NCBI GenBank assembly: GCA_964534185.1 | Contig: CAZHOH010000007.1 | Location: 1 to 60,036 of the forward strand | Origin: Candidatus Woesearchaeota archaeon | GTDB lineage: Archaea; Nanobdellota; Nanobdellia; Pacearchaeales; GW2011-AR1 | DNA: 60,036 bases | Direction: 5' to 3' | Shown: positions 1 to 7,769 of the stretch, one piece after another | Position numbering within the stretch: the stretch's first letter is position 1 | Layout of the letters: each line of letters opens with the position of its first letter | The notes under the pieces: generated by a model | Told to the model about the DNA's origin: nothing | The model's input: the letters and a program-made list of their open reading frames with translations, nothing else | Databases searched by the model: none | Made by a program: the position numbers and the translations under genes

Positions 1-80
1 CTTTCTTGTTCTTCTTGATTTAAAATTCTTGCTACAGGCCAATTTGCTTCTCTTATCTCCCTTGGAATTAATTTTATCAT
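1..80 (-). CDS. 5' fragment of a hypothetical protein running off the window (MIKLIPREIREANWPVARILNQEEQE...)
   Basis: ATG at 80, frame open to the window edge, TATA-like box at 102-109 at the 22-nt spacing typical of this window. Confidence 0.55.
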   Translation of the reverse strand, partial: MIKLIPREIREANWPVARILNQEEQE

Positions 81-145
81 AAATTTCTCAGAAATTTAGA
101 TTATTTAAAGTTTTCTCTTGTTTTTTAATTTATTAATAGTAACAT

Positions 146-1267
146 CTATTTTAAAAATTCAATTCCTAATTCACTTGAGAGTTCTCCTCTTTGTTGTTCT
201 TCTTTTGGAACTGTTTTAGAGAATCCTGAAATCTGTGATGACTTTACACCAGTAATGATGAGCATAACACGGATTGTTTTTTCCATGTCTGGGGAAATTT
301 GTGCTCCCCATATCATTTTCGCATTGTCGCCGAGATGTTTTCCTATTTCTTCTATTACAACTTTTGACTCATCAAGACTTAAATCAGAACCGCCGATGAT
401 ATTTACTAAAGCCCCTTGAGCATTTGAAACATCGACATCTAAAAGAGGGTTGTTAATTGCTTTTTCTACTGCCTCTGCTGCGCGATTTTCTGAATCTGAT
501 TCTCCGACACCGATTAAGGAAACTCCTCCATTTGACATTATTGTTTTAACATCTGCAAAATCTAAGTTTACTAGTCCTGCTCTTGTTATTAATTCTGCAG
601 TTCCTTTTACTGCGTTTGTTAAAATTTCATCTGCGACTTTGAAAGCTGTTTGCAATGGCAAATCTGGAACAATTTCGATTAGTTTGTCATTAGGGATTAC
701 AATTAAGGTATCTGCGATGTTTTCCATTCTTTCTAGCCCGTTTGTTGCATTTTCTAATCTTTTTTCTCCTTCAATTGTGAAAGGGAAAGTTACTATGCCT
801 ATTACTAAAGCCCCGATTTTTTTTGCTATTTCTGCTATCACTGGCGCTGCTCCTGTTCCTGTTCCTCCACCTAAACCACAAGTTATGAAAACCATGTCTG
901 CACCTTCTAGTTTCTTTTTAATTTCTGATTCTGATTCTTTTGCTGCTTCTTGTCCGATTTGAGGGTTGCTCCCTGCTCCTAATCCTCTTGTTAATTCTCT
1001 GCCAATTAGAATTTTTTTGTCTGCGTTTGCATATAATAAATCCTGAGCATCTGTGTTTACTGCGATAGTTTCGCCGCCTTTGATTCCAATGTCGTGCATT
1101 CTGCTTAAAGTATTGTTACCTCCCCCTCCTACACCTATTACTTTGATTTTTGCGTTTTGCTGTTTTAGAAGTTCTTCCAGTTCTTTGTCTATTGACATTA
1201 TTTCTTCACTTACTTGCCTGCCCTGTCCAGAATTCTGATAATTTTCCTCTTTTTGATATTCGTTCAT
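146..1267 (-). CDS. ftsZ: Cell division protein FtsZ
   Basis: GVGGGG, NTDAQDL, tubulin signature GGGTGTG, T7 loop NLDFAD. Confidence 0.98.
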   Translation of the reverse strand: MNEYQKEENYQNSGQGRQVSEEIMSIDKELEELLKQQNAKIKVIGVGGGGNNTLSRMHDIGIKGGETIAVNTDAQDLLYANADKKILIGRELTRGLGAGSNPQIGQEAAKESESEIKKKLEGADMVFITCGLGGGTGTGAAPVIAEIAKKIGALVIGIVTFPFTIEGEKRLENATNGLERMENIADTLIVIPNDKLIEIVPDLPLQTAFKVADEILTNAVKGTAELITRAGLVNLDFADVKTIMSNGGVSLIGVGESDSENRAAEAVEKAINNPLLDVDVSNAQGALVNIIGGSDLSLDESKVVIEEIGKHLGDNAKMIWGAQISPDMEKTIRVMLIITGVKSSQISGFSKTVPKEEQQRGELSSELGIEFLK

Positions 1268-1321
1268 AGATAAGTCATAATTGGCAAATTTATAAGGTTT
1301 GTTGTAATGGAGAGTGTTATT

Positions 1322-1969
1322 TTATTGTTTTTGAGAATTCTCTGGTTTTTTGTTTTCTCCAACTATCATCTCTTTTCCAAGAGCGTCTTTGAACTTTTCA
1401 TTAATCATCTGGACAAAATTTTTGAGATTTGGGTTTTTGATTATAATTTTATTTTGCTTTATTTCAAAGTCTGGTTTTTCTTTTAGAAAGTAGTTCATTA
1501 AGGCTTCGACTTTTTTTTCTATGGCTTCGACTTTTTTTTCTATTTGGAAATTGTAAATGACTGTTTTGCCGGCAAGAGGATTGTTAAAATCTGCTAAAAT
1601 TCTGCCTCCAGATACACTAATGATTCTAACTAACAGGTCATCTAAAGCAAGAGTTTGTCCTGGCTGAGGATTGACATTTTTTTCTCTAAAGACTCTTAAA
1701 GGAATCAATTTTACTAAATCTCTTTTTCTTTTTTTGAATGCTTTTTCAGGGGGCAGTTCTATCTGGTATTGTTTTTTTAATTCTTTTCCTTCAAGCTCTT
1801 TGTCAAGCCCATTAATAACCATTCCTTTTCCAACACAGATAACAAAAGGGTTGTTGTCTATATTTAACCCTGCTTTTTCTGAATCTTCTTTTATGTTTGT
1901 GTCAAATATTTCTCCATCTTTTACCTTTCCTGTAAATCGGAATTCTATGAAATCATTCTTGTTTATCAT
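1322..1969 (-). CDS. slyD: FKBP-type peptidyl-prolyl cis-trans isomerase (long archaeal SlyD-like)
   Basis: GEIFDTN, G.GMVI.GLD, DFNNPLAGK motifs; start moved to the ATG at 1969 by promoter spacing. Confidence 0.92.
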   Translation of the reverse strand: MINKNDFIEFRFTGKVKDGEIFDTNIKEDSEKAGLNIDNNPFVICVGKGMVINGLDKELEGKELKKQYQIELPPEKAFKKRKRDLVKLIPLRVFREKNVNPQPGQTLALDDLLVRIISVSGGRILADFNNPLAGKTVIYNFQIEKKVEAIEKKVEALMNYFLKEKPDFEIKQNKIIIKNPNLKNFVQMINEKFKDALGKEMIVGENKKPENSQKQ

Positions 1970-1990
1970 TATGAGATGTAAAAGACAACC

Positions 1991-1998
1991 TTTATAAA
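1991..1998. promoter_or_regulatory. Palindromic bidirectional TATA box TTTATAAA shared by slyD and aIF-5A
   Basis: Lies exactly 22 nt from each divergent ATG (1969 and 2020). Confidence 0.7.
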
Positions 1999-2019
1999 TG
2001 TATTTTCTCATTTTTATCT

Positions 2020-2409
2020 ATGGCTTACAAATTAATTAATGGGACAGAGGTAAGAAATGGTACCGTAATTATGATTGAAGGTGAGCCTTGTGTTGTTAAA
2101 AGTTTTGATGTTAGTAAAACTGGGAAACATGGGCATGCTAAAGTTAGAATTGAAGCTGTTGGCATTACTGATGGGAAGAAAAGAGTTCTTGCAAGACCAG
2201 GACATGAAAGATTTGAAGTTCCTCTGATAAATAAAAAGAAAGCTCAAGTATTATCTACAAATGAGGGTAAGGTGAATGTAATGGATTTAGAAAGTTTTGA
2301 AACCTTTGATATTGAAATGGCGAAAGATATGGAAGATGAATTAAAAGCAGAAGATCAGGTAGAATACTGGGATATTGAAGGAACTAAAGTTGTTAAGAGG
2401 AAATTATAA
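2020..2409 (+). CDS. eif5a: Translation factor aIF-5A
   Basis: Hypusine loop SKTGKHGHAK (K36); C-terminal OB domain (VMDLESFETF). Confidence 0.97.
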   Translation: MAYKLINGTEVRNGTVIMIEGEPCVVKSFDVSKTGKHGHAKVRIEAVGITDGKKRVLARPGHERFEVPLINKKKAQVLSTNEGKVNVMDLESFETFDIEMAKDMEDELKAEDQVEYWDIEGTKVVKRKL

Positions 2410-2573
2410 TGGCAAAACTTGCAGCAGCTCAAAATCGAATGTTTAAGAATTTATTTTTATGTAAAAAATGTGGTTCTAAAATCAAAGTAGAGTCAAAAAA
2501 AATACTTGATGGTAAGGTTCGTTGCAGAAAATGCGGAGGCAAGGCTTTTCGTGCAATGAAAAAGGCAAAATAA
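2409..2573 (+). CDS. rpl40e: 50S ribosomal protein L40e (54 aa, absent from the ORF track)
   Basis: Hand translation MAKLAAAQNRMFKNLFLCKKCGSKIKVESKKILDGKVRCRKCGGKAFRAMKKAK; CxxC...CRKCG zinc ribbon; TAATG coupling to aIF-5A. Confidence 0.88.
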   Translation: MAKLAAAQNRMFKNLFLCKKCGSKIKVESKKILDGKVRCRKCGGKAFRAMKKAK

Positions 2574-2574
2574 G

Positions 2575-3936
2575 ATGGGCTTTTTTATATACGATATAGG
2601 TTTCTTAATAATATTTACAATATTTGTAGCTTGGTTTCTTTATACTCGAAAGCATAATGTTCATAGAGAAGGGATTTTGTATTTATATAAGACTCAACTT
2701 GGAATAAAATTTATTGATAAGTTTAGCAAAAAGTTTGGGGTTTTGCTTAGAGGAATTCAGTACTTGGTGATTCTTAGCGGATATATTTTAATGGCAGGTA
2801 TTCTTTACCTAATTGGAAAGTCGGTTTATCTTTATTTGAGATTTTCTAATGAAATTGTTGAAATAACAAAGGCCCCACCTGTTGCTCCTTTAATCCCTTA
2901 TTTTCCTGAATTGTTTGGTATGAAGAATTTTTTCCCGCCGTTTTATTTTACGTATTTTATTGTTGCCTTGATAATTGTTGCAGTTGTTCACGAGTTTGCG
3001 CATGGAATTTATGCAAAGATTTATGGTGTTCGAATTAAATCCACGGGATTTGCATTTTTAGGGCCGATACTTGGAGCTTTTGTTGAACAGGATGATAAAC
3101 AGATGCAAAAGAAAAAAAATTCTCAGCAGATGACAATTCTTGCGGCTGGAACTTTTGCTAATATTCTTACTGGGCTTGTGTTTTTGATTTTGTTGCTTGG
3201 ATTTTTCTATGTTTCTTTTACTCCTTCAGGATATTTGTTTAATACCTACGGGGTTTCTTCAATAGCAGTGGCTTCTGTTACAGGTATTGGAAATTTATCT
3301 TTAGAATATACAGAAATTTATTCTAATAACAACACTTTTTATTTGGACAATAATTTGAAAAGACAGTTAGAAATGAATGTTTCAAATTACCTTGTTCTTG
3401 ATGATTCTCCTGCATTTGATTCTAGGTTGAAGGGAGTTATTGTCGGAGTGGATAATATGGAAATTAAAAATGAAAAGGATTTGAAAAACGCTTTAATAGG
3501 CTTTAATCCAGGTGATGAAATTAATGTTAAGACTTTAATCGACGGGGAATTGAAAGAAACAAGTCTTGTTCTTGGAGAACATCCTGCAGATGATTCTATG
3601 GCATATCTTGGTGTTGGATTTATTGATAACCGACAAAATATTGCCTCTATATTTAGTCCGCAAAATCCTTCGACATATTATGAAACAACTTGGGAGGGGG
3701 ATTTTGTAATTTTTATTTATAATCTTTTGTTCTGGATTGTTTTGATAAATATCTTGGTTGCATTTTTTAATATGCTTCCACTTGGAATTCTCGACGGTGG
3801 AAGGTTCTTTTATTTGACAATTTTGTCTTTAACTAAATCAAAAAAGGTTGCCATGTATTCTTTTAAATTAATAACTTATATCTTATTAATCTCTCTTGCG
3901 TTATTGCTTTTTGTTTGGGTGTTTGCTATCTTTTAA
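2575..3936 (+). CDS. Site-2 protease (M50 family) with PDZ domain
   Basis: HEFAH, GAFVE, AGTFAN, NMLP..LDGG motifs, TM segments, PDZ-like insert. Confidence 0.93.
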   Translation: MGFFIYDIGFLIIFTIFVAWFLYTRKHNVHREGILYLYKTQLGIKFIDKFSKKFGVLLRGIQYLVILSGYILMAGILYLIGKSVYLYLRFSNEIVEITKAPPVAPLIPYFPELFGMKNFFPPFYFTYFIVALIIVAVVHEFAHGIYAKIYGVRIKSTGFAFLGPILGAFVEQDDKQMQKKKNSQQMTILAAGTFANILTGLVFLILLLGFFYVSFTPSGYLFNTYGVSSIAVASVTGIGNLSLEYTEIYSNNNTFYLDNNLKRQLEMNVSNYLVLDDSPAFDSRLKGVIVGVDNMEIKNEKDLKNALIGFNPGDEINVKTLIDGELKETSLVLGEHPADDSMAYLGVGFIDNRQNIASIFSPQNPSTYYETTWEGDFVIFIYNLLFWIVLINILVAFFNMLPLGILDGGRFFYLTILSLTKSKKVAMYSFKLITYILLISLALLLFVWVFAIF

Positions 3937-4051
3937 TTTTCCGACGACAAAACTTCTAAAGTAAGATTTTATTTTTTTGAAAAATAATTTTTCATAGAAA
4001 GATATTTAAAAGATATTTGACTCTTTAATTTAATCTAAAAAGAGGTGAAAG

Positions 4052-4210
4052 ATGAAAAAAACTTCAAAGCAAATTGGTTCAAAAATCAAGAAGCTTAAGA
4101 AAGAGATAACAAAACTCGAAAAGGAGAAAAAGACTATGGCTAAAAAAGCAAAGAAGAAGACAACAAAAAAGAAATCAGCAAAGAAGGCAACAAAAAAGAA
4201 AAGAAGATAA
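4052..4210 (+). CDS. Small very basic Lys-rich protein (52 aa, histone H1-tail-like), absent from the ORF track
   Basis: MKKTSKQIGSKIKKLKKEITKLEKEKKTMAKKAKKKTTKKKSAKKATKKKRR; SD GAGGTGA at 4042-4048, TATA at 4002-4009, T-rich tract downstream. Confidence 0.75.
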   Translation: MKKTSKQIGSKIKKLKKEITKLEKEKKTMAKKAKKKTTKKKSAKKATKKKRR

Positions 4211-4269
4211 TTCTTTTCTAAAAATTTAATTTTTGTTTTAAATTAATAATCTATTTCTTTTTTTATTTT

Positions 4270-4620
4270 TCAAAGATAAATAATGCCTTGTTTTGTTAAT
4301 GCTGTAAATCTAATCCCTGTGGGCATAGAGAGTAATGCAGAGATTAAGGCCATATGTTCTTTTCCAATTCCTGATGCTATTGAAAGGGCGACTTCTGTTC
4401 CAGATATTTTTCCTTTTAGTTTTTCTAAAATTTCTTTTTTCAAATCCACAAGCCTTTGATTTAAGTTTACTTTAATGAATTCAAACTCTTTATTTGATTT
4501 GAAGTCTTTTGCAGAATCATCTCCAACAATAATTATTTTTTCCCATTCTCCATGTTTTACCAGTCCTGAAATCTGCGCCCATGTTCCATTTCCAGAACTT
4601 AATAATCCTATGAATTCCAT
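4270..4620 (-). CDS. Hypothetical protein, possible stand-alone CARF-like Rossmann domain (116 aa)
   Basis: Start MEFIG at 4620 by promoter spacing; beta-alpha pattern; ALSIASGIGKEHMAL resembles the CARF NxT/SGGxK motif. Confidence 0.6.
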   Translation of the reverse strand: MEFIGLLSSGNGTWAQISGLVKHGEWEKIIIVGDDSAKDFKSNKEFEFIKVNLNQRLVDLKKEILEKLKGKISGTEVALSIASGIGKEHMALISALLSMPTGIRFTALTKQGIIYL

Positions 4621-4678
4621 TTTATTTTTAGAAACAGCAGATTTATAAGTTTTTATTTCATATGTTAGATATATTAAA

Positions 4679-5146
4679 ATGGTTAAAGAAACTCCTTTGA
4701 ATGAAATTGTTTTGCGCAAATATGAACGTCCCTATAATCTTGATTCAAGACAGCTTGTTAAAAAAATTTGTTTATCTTTAGGTTTGCTTCAGCCAGGGGA
4801 TAGTAGGGATGTGATTGTTGATATATTGGTGGTTTTGACAGATTCTGGAAAAAACAAAGAAAAACTGGATTCTGTTGAAATTAGGAAGAGGGTTGAAGAG
4901 GTTAGGAAAAAAAATAATCTTGAATTGAAAGGTGTTGCTGATTCAAACATTAGAAGGCAACTGAAAAGATTGAGAGATTTAATGATAATTGATAAACAAA
5001 GTAATTCGTACTATTTGTCTGAGTTTGAGTCTCTGTATAGTATTTTTGAAGAAAAGATTGAGCAGTTTATTATTAATCCAAGTGTTTCTAGGATAAAAGA
5101 ATATTTGCAGGAATTGGAGAAACGGCGTTGTCCGGAGAAACAATAG
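4679..5146 (+). CDS. Winged-helix DNA-binding protein (putative regulator)
   Basis: LDSVEI...VADSNIRRQLKRLRDLMIIDKQSNSYYL helix-turn-helix plus wing pattern. Confidence 0.7.
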   Translation: MVKETPLNEIVLRKYERPYNLDSRQLVKKICLSLGLLQPGDSRDVIVDILVVLTDSGKNKEKLDSVEIRKRVEEVRKKNNLELKGVADSNIRRQLKRLRDLMIIDKQSNSYYLSEFESLYSIFEEKIEQFIINPSVSRIKEYLQELEKRRCPEKQ

Positions 5147-5174
5147 TTTTATAAATGAAGTATTTTATATAATT

Positions 5175-5236
5175 CTACCGCACTACATCATTTCAGTTCA
5201 TATTTCTGAACTTGGGATGCATAGGTAGGAGGGAAA
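5175..5236 (+). promoter_or_regulatory. Structured 5' leader of the L1-L10-L12 operon (putative L1 autoregulatory element)
   Basis: Nested stems CTACC/GGTAG, CATC/GATG, AGTTCA/TGAACT abutting the SD GGAGGG; TATA at 5148-5155. Confidence 0.55.
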
Positions 5237-5854
5237 ATGGAAGAACTTGAATTAAAACAAGCATTAGAAAGTATTCGAAAAAATAAGGAAAGAAAGTTTG
5301 ATGAGAGTATTGATTTAATTGTAAATTTAAAAAAGATAGATATTAGGAAAGATTCTGTGAATACTTTTGCTACATTGCCTCATAAAATTAAGGATAAGAA
5401 GATATGTGGTTTTATTGATTCTAAAAGTGAGTTGATTGATACTATTCCTAAAGGAAGTTTTGATAAGTATAAAGATAAAAAGAAACTGAAAAAACTTGTT
5501 GACCAATATGACTTTTTTATTGCGTCTGCGCCAAACATGCCGGCTGTTGCAACAACATTTGGGAAAGTTTTGGGGCCTGCAGGAAAGATGCCTTCTCCTA
5601 AAATTGGGATAATTAGTGATTCGAATCAGATTAAGGAGACTGTTGATAAGATTAACAAGATTGTAAAGTTAAGGGCAAAAGAGCCTGCTGTTAAAGTGGT
5701 TGTTGGAAAAGTGAGTATGAAAGATGAAGAGATAGTTGAAAATATTAAAACTGTTTATAGTACGATTCTTCATGAGCTTCCGACTGGAAAGGACAATATT
5801 AAATCTGTAATGATTAAAACTACAATGGGGAAACCTGCGAGGGTCAAGTTATAA
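5237..5854 (+). CDS. rpl1: 50S ribosomal protein L1
   Basis: RKFDESIDLIVNLK, GKVLGPAGKMP, KTTMGKP. Confidence 0.96.
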   Translation: MEELELKQALESIRKNKERKFDESIDLIVNLKKIDIRKDSVNTFATLPHKIKDKKICGFIDSKSELIDTIPKGSFDKYKDKKKLKKLVDQYDFFIASAPNMPAVATTFGKVLGPAGKMPSPKIGIISDSNQIKETVDKINKIVKLRAKEPAVKVVVGKVSMKDEEIVENIKTVYSTILHELPTGKDNIKSVMIKTTMGKPARVKL

Positions 5855-6732
5855 TGGCGCAAGTACAAAAAAATGAAGTTCCTGAATATAAAAAAGAGTT
5901 AGTTAAGGGACTTTCAAAAACTTTTGATGAAAATAACACACTCATGTTTGCTTCAATAAAAGGTTTGCCTGCTGCACAATTTCAGAAGATAAAAAAGGGT
6001 CTCGAGGGTGAAGCAGAAGTTAAGGTTGTTAAGAAAAGGCTCTTGAAAAAAGCGATTGAAGGTTCTAAGAAAGAGGGTATTAAAAAATTAGAGGATTATG
6101 TTAAAGAAGATATGGCTGTTCTTATTTCTAATCTTAATTCTTTTGATTTGGCCATGAAGCTTGGAGAAAGTCAAACTCCAGTTAAAGCAAAGGCAGGACA
6201 GATTGCAGATAGTGATGTTGAGATTGAGGCTGGGCCGACTGAGCTTCCTGCAGGGCCAGCGGTTAGTGAGCTTGGGCGATTAGGACTGCAAGTCCAGGTT
6301 AAGGAGGGCAAAATTGAGATAGCTAAGCCAAAGATTATTGTTAAAAAGGGCGAAGAGATTAGTGATGCTGCTGCGTCTGTTATGGGCAAGCTCGATATTA
6401 TGCCTTTTTTTGTTGGTTTTATTCCTTCTGTTTCATATGATTCTGAATCTGATTTGGTGTTCACAGAGCTGGAAATTAATGTTGAAAAGACAATTGGAGA
6501 TATGAGAGAGATGTTTGCTAAGGCTCGGGCATTTGCAGCAAGTATTGGATTCTATACAAAGGAGACAATTGGAATTTTGTTAGGCAAGGCTGTTAGTCAT
6601 GAAAAGGCAATTGAAAATTTGGTTGGCAGTGATTCTGGTAAAGAGAAAGAAGAAGTTAAAGATGCAAATTTTGAAGAAAATTCAGGAGATGAAAATGTTC
6701 AGGAAAAATCTAAATCAGAGGAGACTTCATAA
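5854..6732 (+). CDS. rpl10: 50S ribosomal protein L10 (P0)
   Basis: [20 protein letters not shown]; acidic tail; operon position. Confidence 0.96.
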   Translation: MAQVQKNEVPEYKKELVKGLSKTFDENNTLMFASIKGLPAAQFQKIKKGLEGEAEVKVVKKRLLKKAIEGSKKEGIKKLEDYVKEDMAVLISNLNSFDLAMKLGESQTPVKAKAGQIADSDVEIEAGPTELPAGPAVSELGRLGLQVQVKEGKIEIAKPKIIVKKGEEISDAAASVMGKLDIMPFFVGFIPSVSYDSESDLVFTELEINVEKTIGDMREMFAKARAFAASIGFYTKETIGILLGKAVSHEKAIENLVGSDSGKEKEEVKDANFEENSGDENVQEKSKSEETS

Positions 6733-7028
6733 TGGAATACGTTTATGCAGCTCTTTTATTGCACAAGCTTGGTAAGCCTGTTGACGAAGAAGGCTTGAAA
6801 AAAGTTGTTTCAGCTACAGGTGCTGAAGTTGACGAAGGAAAAATCAAGCTTCTTGTTGCAAGTTTGAAAGATGTCGATATAGACAAAGAACTTGAAAACG
6901 CAGTTGCATTTGCAGCAGCGCCAGCAGCAGGAGCATCTGAAGGTGCAGCAGAAGAGAAGAAAGAAGAAGAGAAAGAAGAAGAGAAAAGCGAAGCTGCAGC
7001 AGAAGGTTTGTCATCCTTATTTGGATAA
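6732..7028 (+). CDS. rpl12: 50S ribosomal protein L12 (aP1)
   Basis: [11 protein letters not shown], Ala-rich hinge, EGLSSLFG C-terminus. Confidence 0.98.
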   Translation: MEYVYAALLLHKLGKPVDEEGLKKVVSATGAEVDEGKIKLLVASLKDVDIDKELENAVAFAAAPAAGASEGAAEEKKEEEKEEEKSEAAAEGLSSLFG

Positions 7029-7046
7029 TTTTTTATTTTGTTTTTG
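7029..7046 (+). terminator. Archaeal poly-T terminator after rpl12
   Basis: T-rich tract directly after the stop codon. Confidence 0.5.
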
Positions 7047-7122
7047 ATGGCAAGCCCAATTTAGTTCTAACTCTAAATTTCTGGTGAAGATATATTTAAA
7101 AAGAAAAGTATTTTTGTAAAGG

Positions 7123-7213
7123 TATGCCGACGTTGCATAATAAAAAGAACCTAGGTTCTTCTTATCAACATCTCCTAAAGGAGCGCTTCATGAATGTAAC
7201 GGCAATGGCATAA
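7123..7213 (+). other. Structured ~90-nt element upstream of tRNA-Ser carrying a duplicate of the tRNA 5' end
   Basis: 7126-7141 matches tRNA nt 1-16 at 14/16; several stems; 29-codon ORF at 7124-7213; TATA at 7093-7102. Confidence 0.55.
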
Positions 7214-7214
7214 A

Positions 7215-7295
7215 GCCGACGTCGCATAGTGGTATTGCACCTGGCTTGAGACCAGGGCCCTTATGGGCTCCCCGGTTCGATTCCGGGCGTCGGCG
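7215..7295 (+). tRNA. tRNA-Ser (anticodon TGA)
   Basis: Acceptor GCCGACG/CGTCGGC with G73; anticodon arm CCTGG-CTTGAGA-CCAGG; variable arm GCCC-TTAT-GGGC; T loop TTCGATT; no encoded CCA. Confidence 0.96.
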
Positions 7296-7337
7296 TTTTT
7301 TGAAAAGGTTTAAAAAGTAAGATTTGTCTGGGATTTA

Positions 7338-7769
7338 ATGATAGTAAGAGACCCAAAGACAGAAGAAGAGTTTACAAAATATTATGATTTACGTTGGAGA
7401 ATATTACGGGAACCTTGGGGACAGGCGCGTGGAAGTGAAAGAGATGAATATGAAGAAAGTGCAATACATATGATGGTTTGTGAGGAAGATGGAATTCCAA
7501 TTGGTGTTGGAAGAGCTCATTTCAATTCTCCAGAGGAGGCCCAGATTAGATACATGGCTGTTGAACCAGGAAATCAAGGTAAAGGTATTGGGGGAGAAAT
7601 TCTTAAAGCTCTTGAAACAAGGGTTAAATATGGCGGTGGAAGGTATATTGTTTTAAATTCGAGGGAAAAGGCTGTACCTTTTTATCAGAAACATGGATAT
7701 CAAATCATCGAAGAAGCCCATGCACTATTTGAAATACCTCATTTTTTGATGAGGAAGAATTTAGATTAG
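7338..7769 (+). CDS. GNAT family N-acetyltransferase (YiiD/ElaA-like)
   Basis: LRWRILREPW, AQIRYMAV, QGKGIG acetyl-CoA motif, FYQKHGY. Confidence 0.92.
   Translation: MIVRDPKTEEEFTKYYDLRWRILREPWGQARGSERDEYEESAIHMMVCEEDGIPIGVGRAHFNSPEEAQIRYMAVEPGNQGKGIGGEILKALETRVKYGGGRYIVLNSREKAVPFYQKHGYQIIEEAHALFEIPHFLMRKNLD

Noticed and set aside
450-962. 170-aa + strand ORF (and 1053-1238)
   Set aside because: Antisense shadow of ftsZ; no motifs or promoter
1501-1543. Tandem GGCTTCGACTTTTTTTTCTAT repeat
   Set aside because: Two copies encoding IEKKVEA-IEKKVEA within slyD; a small in-frame duplication
4621-4719. ORF-track extension of the 4270 gene overlapping the wHTH gene
   Set aside because: The ATG at 4620 fits the 22-nt promoter spacing and removes the overlap
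7123-7213. Hammerhead or twister ribozyme, or Xer dif site, as the identity of the tRNA-Ser leader
   Set aside because: Minus-strand UUGAUAAG resembles CUGANGA but no GAAA follows the stem; no twister pseudoknots found; the spacer between the dif-like arms is about 21 nt, not 6
7215-7295. Possible selenocysteine or suppressor tRNA (TGA in the loop, long variable arm)
   Set aside because: Anticodon TGA reads Ser UCA; tRNA-Sec needs TCA and an extended acceptor stem
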